Below, piece by piece: positions 1-9,180 of a DNA stretch of 64,000 nucleotides. Position numbers and translations under genes: made by a program. Every line of letters starts with the position of its first letter. The stretch's first letter is position 1. Origin of the DNA: Candidatus Cloacimonadales bacterium (lineage in GTDB: Bacteria; Cloacimonadota; Cloacimonadia; Cloacimonadales; JAFGVF01); assembly GCA_963662585.1 (NCBI GenBank), contig OY759729.1, forward strand, positions 576,001 to 640,000, given 5' to 3'. The notes below the pieces were generated by a model, which saw only the letters and a program-made list of their open reading frames with translations, made no database searches and was not told the DNA's origin.

Positions 1-972
1 ATTATTAGTAATACTGATCTAGGAAATGTTACTGAGTATTTCATAACTGAAGCTTTAGATTATTCAACACAATATTTCTGGCAGATTATTCCTACTAACG
101 AAACTGGTAATGCTCTTGATTGTCCTATTTGGGGATTCACTACTATGGATAATATTGTTATTGATTTCAATGAAGTTGATGAATATAGTCAAGGATTTGA
201 GTCTGCTGAAATTGGTGGTTTACCACTTGGTTGGGAATTTGAGAATTTAAATGATGATACTTCTTGGTGGGAAGTTATTGCTAATTCTCAATGGTCAGAA
301 AATTCTCACTCAGGAGAAAAAGCTGCTCACATGAGATTTGGCTTTTCTTCTGCTCATGATGATTGGTTATATTCTCCTGCAATGGATCTTATAGCTGGTA
401 ATACATACACTATTTCTTTCTGGTACAAAAACTCTCCTTTCGAAGATTCTGTTGAAAAAATGAATTTCTTTATTGGTGATTTACCAACAGCTACAGAAAT
501 GACTACACAGTTATGGGATAATAATAATATCGTAAATAGTACTTACGAACAAGTTACTCTTGAATATACTGCAGAAGAATCAGGATTAAAGTTCTTAGGA
601 TGGCATGCTTATAGTGATGCAATTCAAATGGTTCTTCTCTTAGATGACATCACTATTACTGAAGAAGAAGCAGTAGCAAATGAAAATGATATTGCTCAAT
701 TAGCAGACTTATCACTTTCAAACTACCCTAATCCTTTCAACCCTGAAACAACAATTAATTTTTCAATCCCTAAGAATGAAGTTGGAAGTTTAAAAATATA
801 TAACCTTAAAGGTCAATTAATTAGAGAATTTAATAATCTTACTTCCAATGATAGACAAATCTTATGGAATGGTACAAATAGCAATAATCAAGAGATTCCT
901 TCAGGAATCTACTTAACTAAATTAGTTTCAGGCAGTAGTCAGCTTGTCAAAAAAGTAACACTCCTTAAATAG
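1..972 (+). CDS. Secreted protein (5'-truncated by window edge) with cleaved-adhesin/choice-of-anchor J-like domain and FlgD-Ig/T9SS-type C-terminal domain
   Basis: Frame is open from position 1 (IISNTDLGNV...YFWQIIP...); DDWLYSP...LLDDITI adhesin-like segment; C-terminus NYPNPFNPETTINF...SGIYLTKL...KKVTLLK. Confidence 0.85.
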   Translation: MISNTDLGNVTEYFITEALDYSTQYFWQIIPTNETGNALDCPIWGFTTMDNIVIDFNEVDEYSQGFESAEIGGLPLGWEFENLNDDTSWWEVIANSQWSENSHSGEKAAHMRFGFSSAHDDWLYSPAMDLIAGNTYTISFWYKNSPFEDSVEKMNFFIGDLPTATEMTTQLWDNNNIVNSTYEQVTLEYTAEESGLKFLGWHAYSDAIQMVLLLDDITITEEEAVANENDIAQLADLSLSNYPNPFNPETTINFSIPKNEVGSLKIYNLKGQLIREFNNLTSNDRQILWNGTNSNNQEIPSGIYLTKLVSGSSQLVKKVTLLK

Positions 973-991
973 TTAAGTATTTCACATCACT

Positions 992-1021
992 AAAGGCTGG
1001 CTCCCACCAGCCTTTTTTTTT
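992..1021 (+). terminator. Rho-independent terminator
   Basis: AAAGGCTGG-ctccca-CCAGCCTTT followed by a T-run, about 20 nt after the stop codon. Confidence 0.85.
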
Positions 1022-1023
1022 AT

Positions 1024-1208
1024 AACTGGAATGTGGGCATCCTGCTAGCACTCCCAGTTAAGAAAACACCCCCTGTATCCTCCTCGCGGAGGGGGATTTA
1101 AGAGTGTCCGCCCTCTCTCTATGGACTGGGGGCGTCCCTGCCGCCAGAAAAGATAAGAGGCAGGCTGAGTACAGCCTGATGGAAGCAGAGACGCTTCCAT
1201 TCCATAGA
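1024..1208. repeat. REP/BIME-like palindromic mosaic 1
   Basis: Contains modules recurring at 4137, 16180, 24753 and 28720 (ACACCCCCTGTATCC..GAGGGGGATTTAAGAG; CTATGGACTGGGG..GCCAGAAAAGATAAG; CAGGCTG..CAGCCTGATGGAAGCAG..GCTTCCATTCCATAG). Confidence 0.85.
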
Positions 1209-1210
1209 AA

Positions 1211-1245
1211 GCAAAAGAGCTCCGAATTGAATCAGAGCTCTTTGC
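1211..1245 (-). terminator. Rho-independent terminator of the GLUG-repeat gene
   Basis: GCAAAAGAGCTC...GAGCTCTTTGC hairpin about 20 nt past the minus-strand stop codon. Confidence 0.7.
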
Positions 1246-1266
1246 GTTAGTAGTTGTTTTAATAAT

Positions 1267-3855
1267 CTATTTCATTAGAATCATTTTATTAGTTTTGTGA
1301 TATTTATTAGCAACAAGCTTGTATAGATAGATTCCTGAAGCAACTTTATTGTTATTGTCATCAGCACCATTCCAAACAGCATTAACTCTTACATTTGGTG
1401 TTTCAACTCTATCATTCAAAAGTCTTTTAACCAACTGACCTTTCATGTTATAAATCTCAATGGTTACAACTTGTGGTTCAGCCACAGAGAATGAAATAAT
1501 GGTTGAAGGGTTAAAAGGATTTGGATAGTTTCCAAAAAGTTGGGTTCCGAATGTAATATCTTCGATATCATGATTTTGGTCATCAGAAATTTTAACACTT
1601 ACTGGACCAAACATCTCAGTAGTACCATTAAAATCATTTGCTTGTAACCAGTAGTTATAAGTAGTATTCATTTCAACTTCATCATCAGTGTAAGAGTAGC
1701 TCTCGCCCATAGCAGAGTTTGTTGCTTGGATCATAGTTGCAGTTAATCTTAATGCTTCATCTTCATTATCAGATTCTGCTCTATAGATGTTATAACCTAA
1801 TAGATTCGATTCAGAAGCAGTTTCCCAGTTAATCTGAGCATAATTAGCTGAAGTAATTACAGCATTGAAGGATGATAGTTCTATAGGAAGAGTAGAATCT
1901 TCACCATCGTTTAAGAAGATAATTACTTCTCCATCTTTAGCAGTAAAATCTACACCTACAAAAGTAAAGCTTCTATCAACATCTGTCTCACCAATAAATA
2001 TAGGATTTGCACTATGCCAACTCCCTCTATAATAGATTTTACCATACCAATTCCCAGCTGGAGCTGTAACTTGAATATCAATATCATCAGCAAAACCTGT
2101 TAAACCTATTACTCTCTTATTACCTAAATTTTCATAATTAGGAAGTGAGGTAATTAAGGAATGATTCTCATCTACGCTGTTATCTAAATTTAGATCTACT
2201 GATGGCTGAATCATAACATCATCTATTTCAGTATCTACATTTTCAGGAAAATCTGCTAATATAGGATAATATTCTTCAGCCCAAGTAAGATATGGGTAAC
2301 CATCATTTCTTCCAGAATCTATACTCCAAATCTCCTCTTGACCATTGGCAGTTTCATCTACAAAATCCCACTGTGCATTTACATAAATATTGATGTCTTG
2401 CATCTCTGTAGTTGTTTTTCCTGTTCCACCAGCACTAGAAGTTTGTCCTGAAGTTTCTGTATCCCAGAAAGAATTGCTGATTGTTGAATCATAAGCATAA
2501 CCAACTAAGCCTCCGACTTTATCATTTCCAGTCACAGCTCCTGTTGCGTAAGAGTTGCTGATGGTGGAAGAATTAGTAAGATTTCCAACTAAGCCTCCGA
2601 CTATAATATATCCAGTCACAACTCCTGTTGCATAAGAGTTGCTAATGGTGGAAGAATAAGAAGCATAACCAACTAAACCTCCTGACCTAATTCTTCCACT
2701 CACATCTCCTGTAGCGTAAGAGTTGCTAATGTTGGAAGAAGAATAAGCATAACCAACTAAGCCTCCAATAGCCTCATCACCTCCACTCACATCTCCTGTT
2801 GCGTAAGAATTGCTGATGGTTGATTCACGAGAAAAGCCAACTAAGCCTCCAATAGCCTCATCACCTCCACTCACATCTCCTGTTGCATAAGAGTTGCTAA
2901 TGGTGGAAGAATTAGTAAGATTTCCAACTAAACCTCCAATATAATCATCACTTCCACTCACAGCTCCTGTAGCATAAGAGTTGCTGATGCTTGAAAAAGA
3001 ATAAGCATAACCAACTAAGCCTCCGATAGAAGTAATTCCACTCACAGCTCCTGTAGCATAAGAGTAGCTGATGGTTGCAGAAATAGAAGCATAACCAACT
3101 AAGCCTCCAGTATAGCCATATCCACTCACATCTCCTGTAGCATAAGAATTGCTGATGGTTGCAGAAGTATAAGCAGAACCAACTAAGCCTCCGACTTTAT
3201 ACCTTCCACTCACAGCTCCTGTTGCGTAAGAGTTGCTGATGGTTGATTCACGAGAATAGCCAACTAATCCTCCAATATAATCAACACTTCCACTCACATC
3301 TCCTGTTGCATAAGAATTGCTGATGGTTGCAGAAGTATAAGCATAACCAACTAAGCCTCCGACTTTATCATTTCCAGTCACAGCTCCTGTTGCGTAAGAG
3401 TTGCTGATGGTTGATTCACGAGCATAGCCAACTAAGCCTCCGACATGATAATGACCACTAATGTTAGCATCTACTATACCCAGATTAGAGATTTCAGCAT
3501 ATTCTGTGAAACCAAACAAGCCAATATACCATGTACTTGGCCTGTTAATGTAGAGATTATTGATAGTATGTCCTTGTCCATCATAAGAACCCGTAAAGTG
3601 GTTGTCAACGTTACTAATCGGACTAAACCCAGCTCCATCATTTAACGCTAAAGTAGATGAAGCATCTATATCAGCAGTTTGAAGAAAGTGTGAGCTCCAT
3701 AAAGAAGTACTTTCACTAATAGTTATTAAATCTTGTATATTTTCAACTAAATAGGGATCAGATTCGGTACCGAAACCATTAAAAGTTGTTCCTTGTGCAT
3801 AAATACTCGTAATCGCCAAACTAATAAGTAAAAGAATCAAACTAATTCTTTTCAT
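1267..3855 (-). CDS. Secreted GLUG-motif repeat (beta-helix-like) protein with FlgD-Ig/T9SS-type C-terminal domain
   Basis: Signal peptide; about 12 tandem GGLVGYA..STISNSYATG.VSG repeats; LPIELSSF Ig-like segment; NYPNPFNP...KMILMK C-terminus; AGGAGG RBS. Confidence 0.9.
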   Translation of the reverse strand: MKRISLILLLISLAITSIYAQGTTFNGFGTESDPYLVENIQDLITISESTSLWSSHFLQTADIDASSTLALNDGAGFSPISNVDNHFTGSYDGQGHTINNLYINRPSTWYIGLFGFTEYAEISNLGIVDANISGHYHVGGLVGYARESTISNSYATGAVTGNDKVGGLVGYAYTSATISNSYATGDVSGSVDYIGGLVGYSRESTISNSYATGAVSGRYKVGGLVGSAYTSATISNSYATGDVSGYGYTGGLVGYASISATISYSYATGAVSGITSIGGLVGYAYSFSSISNSYATGAVSGSDDYIGGLVGNLTNSSTISNSYATGDVSGGDEAIGGLVGFSRESTISNSYATGDVSGGDEAIGGLVGYAYSSSNISNSYATGDVSGRIRSGGLVGYASYSSTISNSYATGVVTGYIIVGGLVGNLTNSSTISNSYATGAVTGNDKVGGLVGYAYDSTISNSFWDTETSGQTSSAGGTGKTTTEMQDINIYVNAQWDFVDETANGQEEIWSIDSGRNDGYPYLTWAEEYYPILADFPENVDTEIDDVMIQPSVDLNLDNSVDENHSLITSLPNYENLGNKRVIGLTGFADDIDIQVTAPAGNWYGKIYYRGSWHSANPIFIGETDVDRSFTFVGVDFTAKDGEVIIFLNDGEDSTLPIELSSFNAVITSANYAQINWETASESNLLGYNIYRAESDNEDEALRLTATMIQATNSAMGESYSYTDDEVEMNTTYNYWLQANDFNGTTEMFGPVSVKISDDQNHDIEDITFGTQLFGNYPNPFNPSTIISFSVAEPQVVTIEIYNMKGQLVKRLLNDRVETPNVRVNAVWNGADDNNNKVASGIYLYKLVANKYHKTNKMILMK

Positions 3856-4136
3856 AATTACCTCCTAAATTTTGCTTAGATAGAGATTGAGTTGAGTGAA
3901 TATTATATAACCTCCACTAACTTATCTCTCATTTTTGTTAATGTTCTTAATATTTATCATGTTGTTTAGTAAGTGCTATAGTAGTGTGGTAACTTTAAAT
4001 AAAGCACTTTTAAAATTAATAGTATCAATTATTTGAAAAGAGAATTATAATGTCAAGGGTAATATTTGGGAATTAAATTTTAATTGTAATATATTTTCTC
4101 TATGAAATAGTTAACTAGCCTGTAAATGCTATGGAT

Positions 4137-4373
4137 TATGGAATGGAAGCGTCCCTGCTTCCATCAGGCAGTACTCAGCCTGCTTATTAATTAATCCCTT
4201 TGGGATTTAAGATATATCATTGCCTTGCAATGATGCGGGCTGGAATCCCGCTTTCCCAGTTATTAGTGGCCGTATTGCCATACGCCCACCCAATTAATGC
4301 CTGCAAGGATGCAGGCGCTCCCAGTAAAAGAAAAACACCCTCCGTATTCTCCTCGCTGAGAGGGATTTAAGAG
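4137..4373. repeat. REP/BIME-like palindromic mosaic 2
   Basis: TATGGAATGGAAGCGTCCCTGCTTCCATCAGGC, GCGGGCTGGAATCCCGC, CGTATTGCCATACG, GCCTGCAAGGATGCAGGC and ACACCC..GAGGGATTTAAGAG modules. Confidence 0.85.
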
Positions 4374-4410
4374 GGTGTCTTATAATTAGTATTTTAATAT
4401 CTTTAAAATA

Positions 4411-5868
4411 TTATTTTTCTATTGGGAATCTCACATTTAGTTGTTTCACGGCTCTCACATCATCAACTCTTCTAACAGGAGTATTAAATGGAGCGTGGTG
4501 AAGTGATTCTGGATCTGTTTCTATTTCATGAGCAATTTCGATCATAGCACTAATGAATTTATCTAAAGTTTGCTTTGATTCTGTTTCAGTAGGTTCAATC
4601 ATAATCGCTTCACTAATAATTAGTGGGAAGTAGATAGTTGGAGCATGGTAGCCTTTATCTAAAAGTCTCTTAGCAATATCTAAGGTACTCACACCATATT
4701 TTTTCTTCTGAATAGTACCATCAGCAACAAATTCATGCATACAGTATTGGTCAGCATGACTAATGTTATAGTAATCTTTTAACTTAGCTTGGAGATAATT
4801 AGCATTAATAACAGCGTTTTCGCCAACACTTCTAATACCTTCTGCACCTAGCATTTTGATATAAACATAGGCTCTAACATTGATTCCGAAATTACCATAA
4901 TAAGTATGAACTTTACCTATTGAAGTTTTTTCATGAGAATAATCTAAGAAATAACCATTATCATTTTTAGAAATCATAGGAACAGGTAAGAATTTAGTTA
5001 AATGTTCAACAACACCGACAGCACCTGAGCCTGGTCCGCCACCGCCATGAGGAGTTGAGAATGTTTTATGTAAATTATAATGCATCACATCAAAGCCGAT
5101 TTTACCTGGTTGAACAATACCAAGGAGAGCATTAAAATTAGCTCCATCCATATACATTAAACCATCAACAGCATGAATAATTTCAGCAATTTCTTCAATC
5201 TTATTCTCAAAAAGGCCAAGTGTATTAGGGTTAGTAAGCATGAATCCGGCAGTATTTTCATCTACCATCTTTCTAAGTTCTTCAACATCTACTTTACCTT
5301 GAGAATTTGATTTAAGTTCTTTAACATCAAAACCAGCTAAAGAACAAGATGCAGGGTTAGTACCATGAGCAGAGTCTGGCATAATGATAACTTTTTTATG
5401 ATGATTTCCTTTAGCTTGATGATAAGCGCTGATAATCTTTAAACCAACGAATTCACCTTGAGCACCAGCTACTGGTTGAAGAGTAACATTTGCCATGCCT
5501 GAGATTTCGGCTAAATCATTTTGGAGTTCATGCATAATTTGCAAAGCACCTTGAACAGTTTCTTCTGGTTGAAGAGGGTGTAAATTAGCAATTCCTGATT
5601 GGCGAGCAACAACTTCATTGATCTTTGGATTATACTTCATTGTACAAGAGCCAAGTGGATAGAATCCTTTTTCGATGAAATGGTTTTTACTACTTAATTC
5701 AATATAATGTCTCATTACATCAAGTTCTGAACTCTGAGGTAATTTAGCATCTTCTTTACGAACTAAGTTTGCAGGAAGAACATCTTTTAATTCAATATTA
5801 ACATCATTCTTAGAAATGTTATATCCTCTTCTTCCTTGAGAACTTTTTTCAAATATTGTTGTTGACAT
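4411..5868 (-). CDS. gcvPB: Glycine dehydrogenase (decarboxylating) subunit 2
   Basis: PLGSCTMKYNP, SAHGTNPAS and HYNLHKTFSTPHGGGGPG (PLP lysine) motifs. Confidence 0.97.
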   Translation of the reverse strand: MSTTIFEKSSQGRRGYNISKNDVNIELKDVLPANLVRKEDAKLPQSSELDVMRHYIELSSKNHFIEKGFYPLGSCTMKYNPKINEVVARQSGIANLHPLQPEETVQGALQIMHELQNDLAEISGMANVTLQPVAGAQGEFVGLKIISAYHQAKGNHHKKVIIMPDSAHGTNPASCSLAGFDVKELKSNSQGKVDVEELRKMVDENTAGFMLTNPNTLGLFENKIEEIAEIIHAVDGLMYMDGANFNALLGIVQPGKIGFDVMHYNLHKTFSTPHGGGGPGSGAVGVVEHLTKFLPVPMISKNDNGYFLDYSHEKTSIGKVHTYYGNFGINVRAYVYIKMLGAEGIRSVGENAVINANYLQAKLKDYYNISHADQYCMHEFVADGTIQKKKYGVSTLDIAKRLLDKGYHAPTIYFPLIISEAIMIEPTETESKQTLDKFISAMIEIAHEIETDPESLHHAPFNTPVRRVDDVRAVKQLNVRFPIEK

Positions 5869-7208
5869 TATATCACCTCCTTAAGAACAGCAAGGAATCT
5901 ATCAAGATCTGCTTTAGTTTTCTTTTCTGTAACAGCTATCATTAACTGATTATCATAACCAAATATTTTCATATCAACACCTGCGTAGATATTATGATTT
6001 AAAGCTTTTTCAATTATTTCTTCAGCAGGAATTGGTGTTTTAACAACAAACTCTTTAAAGAAAGTTTGTTGAGGATAAGCTAACTCAAATCCTTCAATTT
6101 TAGTAATTTCTTGAGCTAAATAGTGAGCTTTAGTTATAGATTGAGTTGCCACTTCTTTGATACCTTCTCTTCCCATTAGAGCCATATATACTGTGGCTGC
6201 TAAAGTACAAAGAGATTGATTAGAACAGATATTAGATGTTGCTTTTACTCTTCTAATATGCTGTTCACGAGCTTGAAGTGTTAAACTATAGGCTTTATTT
6301 CCAGCTTCATCAAGAGTTTCCCCTACTAATCTACCTGGCATTGTTCTAGCCATAGCTAATTTTGTAGCGAAGAAACCGAAAAGTGGTCCGCCATAATTGA
6401 TATTATTGCCTAGGGCTTGACCTTCACCAATAACAATATCAGCATTATATTCTGCTGGAGAATTGGTAATGGCTAAAGCTATTGGATCTGTAGAAGCAAT
6501 AAAAAGACCTTTTTTAGTCTGATGAGTAAGTTTCTCTGTGGCAAACATATCTTCAATGTTACCAAAGAAATTAGGACTTTGTACTAAAACACAAGCAATA
6601 TCATCATTCACTTTTGCTTCTAAATCTTTGATATCCATAACACCATTGACAGAGTTGATAAACTCTAACTCAATACCTAAGCCTTCAGTATATCTTTCAA
6701 TAACATTTTTAAAGTTTGGATTTATAGTACTAGCAATTAAAGCTTTGTTCTTTCTAGTGCTTCTAATAGCCATTAATATTGCTTCTGCAGCTGCTGATGC
6801 ACCATCGTACATACTCGCATTAGCAATTTCCATGCCTGTTAATTCGCAAATCATTGTTTGATATTCATAAATGAACTGCAAGGTACCTTGACTAACCTCA
6901 GCTTGATAAGGAGTATAAGCAGTGTAAAATTCTGGTCTTGAGACTATTGTATCTACTGCTGCAGGAATAAAATGATCATATACACCTGCTCCAAGATAAG
7001 AATCTGAAGCTTGAGTACACTTGTTTGTATTTGTAAGTTGAAATACTTTTCTTGAAATTTGTTGTTCTGAAAAAGCAGGTTCTAGATTTAGCTTATCTTT
7101 CATAACAAATTTCTCAGGGATGTTAGCAATTAGCTCTTTGAACGAAGAAACACCGATTTCGCGGAGCATCTCTTGTCGTTCTTGCTCAGTAGTTGAGATG
7201 TAAGGCAT
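5868..7208 (-). CDS. gcvPA: Glycine dehydrogenase (decarboxylating) subunit 1
   Basis: YTAYTPYQAEVSQG, NASMYDG and REQHIRR.KATSNICSNQ motifs; overlaps the gcvPB start. Confidence 0.97.
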   Translation of the reverse strand: MPYISTTEQERQEMLREIGVSSFKELIANIPEKFVMKDKLNLEPAFSEQQISRKVFQLTNTNKCTQASDSYLGAGVYDHFIPAAVDTIVSRPEFYTAYTPYQAEVSQGTLQFIYEYQTMICELTGMEIANASMYDGASAAAEAILMAIRSTRKNKALIASTINPNFKNVIERYTEGLGIELEFINSVNGVMDIKDLEAKVNDDIACVLVQSPNFFGNIEDMFATEKLTHQTKKGLFIASTDPIALAITNSPAEYNADIVIGEGQALGNNINYGGPLFGFFATKLAMARTMPGRLVGETLDEAGNKAYSLTLQAREQHIRRVKATSNICSNQSLCTLAATVYMALMGREGIKEVATQSITKAHYLAQEITKIEGFELAYPQQTFFKEFVVKTPIPAEEIIEKALNHNIYAGVDMKIFGYDNQLMIAVTEKKTKADLDRFLAVLKEVI

Positions 7209-7347
7209 ATTAACTCCTTAATTTTAGTTTATTATTTAATAACTACTACATTTTAAGGCACTATTCTGTCAATAAAAAGTGAAATATTTTGCTAAATAAT
7301 TTTATAATTTCAGTTCAAAGAGAGATATCTCTTTACTTATCAATCAT

Positions 7348-8985
7348 TTACTTAGTAATCTTAAGTGGAAATTTCACATAAAAAGTAGAGCCTTCATGAA
7401 GAGCTGATTTTACCCAAATTTCTCCTTCTAATGATGCAACCAAGGCATAGACTATGGTTAGTCCTAGACCAGAGCCTTGGCTCAACTTATCTTTCTTATT
7501 CTCGAGTTGAGTAAATCCTTGAAATATAATATCCTTATCTTTTTCATTAAAACCTAATCCAGTATCTTTAACAAAAAATACGATATCGTCTTCTGCGATA
7601 TTATAGCCAAGGGTAATCTCGCCATAATCAGTGAATTTAGTAGCATTATCTAATAGATGGCTAAGAATTTTCTTTAATTTATCATGATCTGTTGTTATAG
7701 TTAATAATCTATCACAATCAGTGGGGAGTTGTAAAGAATAATTCAAGTTTTCAGATTTAGGAGTATCTTCAAACAATTTCACTAGAAAATCAAATATGCT
7801 AACTTCATCATGACTGATACTTACTAACTTACTATTTATCAAAGTAACATCTATCATATCATTAACTATTTTCAGTAATTTTTGCCCTGAATAATGAATT
7901 GATTTCAGATAATCATTTTGTAAATCAATATTATTTTCTTTCTTCCTTTTTAACAACAAATCTGAAAAACCTAAAATAGAGTTAAGAGGTGTCAGAAGTT
8001 CGTGAGAAACTGAGCGGAGAAAATTATCTTTAATCTTATTCATATTTCTAAGTTTATCTTTTGTTATTTCTAAATTCCGTTGAGTTTTCTCTTTTTCTGC
8101 TATTTCTTGAATTAGATACTGGGTTTGAGATTTAACCCTTGCTGCCAAAATCCGATTAAAAAAATAGAATCCGACAATAGAAAGCGATAAAATAATGATA
8201 AGTATTTTTACCCATTTAGGAAAGTAGTTTGGATTATTTTTATCTATATATTTAGAGATTGAAAGATAATAGATAGAGTTTGTATCCATCTTGTATTTAA
8301 CAATATAGCTATCTAAGATTGAAATTATCTCTTCTGCAAGTGGATTATTTATTGATAGTGCATATTTTAAATGAATCGGTTGAAACCAAAAAGGAGTTGC
8401 AGTAATTCGACCTCTCTTTTTATACATATTACCAATATCTTTATTGGCAACACCACCATAAACTTCCCCCTCCACAACAGCATCTAACAAATTAATATAG
8501 GAATCAAACTCAATATATTCCACATTAATATTGAAACCATTAAGTAGCTCTACAATCCCACCAGGCTCATTATAATTCACACTCCCTGATAAAACACCCA
8601 TTGTGTGATTTTGGAAATCCAAAAGAGAAGCAACATTCTCCTTTTTATGAGTAAAAATAGTTGACCATGATAAAAGGACCATTTCATTATTGAAAATCTT
8701 TTTATCTTTTCTGGAATCTAATTCAGCCACATCAAGCATCACATCAATAGCCCCTGAGTTTAGAAGTTCATTGCACTCTAACCAAGTCCCATATACCCAT
8801 ATTATCTCAATCTTTGCATCTTTGCCTATCTGATTTGTAACTTCTGCCCAAAAACCTTCAGCTTTGTTTGTTAACTCATCGTAGTATATTTTTGGTGGAT
8901 TATCATAGTACCCAACTCTTAAGCTTGATATAGCAAATAATTGCAAAAAACTCAACAATATAAGCATAATAAATGTATGTTTCAT
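7348..8985 (-). CDS. Sensor histidine kinase with periplasmic solute-binding-protein-like domain
   Basis: N-terminal signal/TM, SBP-family-3-like VGYYDNPP region, TM, H-box VSHELLTPLN, N box LLDNATKFT, G boxes DTGLG and GSGLGL; start moved to ATG 8985 behind an AGGAG RBS. Confidence 0.9.
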   Translation of the reverse strand: MKHTFIMLILLSFLQLFAISSLRVGYYDNPPKIYYDELTNKAEGFWAEVTNQIGKDAKIEIIWVYGTWLECNELLNSGAIDVMLDVAELDSRKDKKIFNNEMVLLSWSTIFTHKKENVASLLDFQNHTMGVLSGSVNYNEPGGIVELLNGFNINVEYIEFDSYINLLDAVVEGEVYGGVANKDIGNMYKKRGRITATPFWFQPIHLKYALSINNPLAEEIISILDSYIVKYKMDTNSIYYLSISKYIDKNNPNYFPKWVKILIIILSLSIVGFYFFNRILAARVKSQTQYLIQEIAEKEKTQRNLEITKDKLRNMNKIKDNFLRSVSHELLTPLNSILGFSDLLLKRKKENNIDLQNDYLKSIHYSGQKLLKIVNDMIDVTLINSKLVSISHDEVSIFDFLVKLFEDTPKSENLNYSLQLPTDCDRLLTITTDHDKLKKILSHLLDNATKFTDYGEITLGYNIAEDDIVFFVKDTGLGFNEKDKDIIFQGFTQLENKKDKLSQGSGLGLTIVYALVASLEGEIWVKSALHEGSTFYVKFPLKITK

Positions 8986-9180
8986 TACTTCTACTCCTCT
9001 CTCCAAGAATAAGATAGTTGTATTTTGTGAAAAAACATATTTATTTTCATTATATATTTCAACTACTCCTTTCTCCTTTATCTGATTAATTTATTGATTC
9101 CTTTTGGGAATTATTCTTGACTAATTACTTTACATTTATAAACTTTGGAAAATATCATTCTAAGGAGAGAGGGATTGATA

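Noticed and set aside
1267..3855. Diversity-generating retroelement target/template repeats
   Set aside because: No reverse transcriptase in the window and repeat differences are not adenine-specific
3882..4010. Possible riboswitch in the GLUG gene leader (two imperfect hairpins)
   Set aside because: No recognisable aptamer consensus and no U-tract; an Rfam scan would be needed
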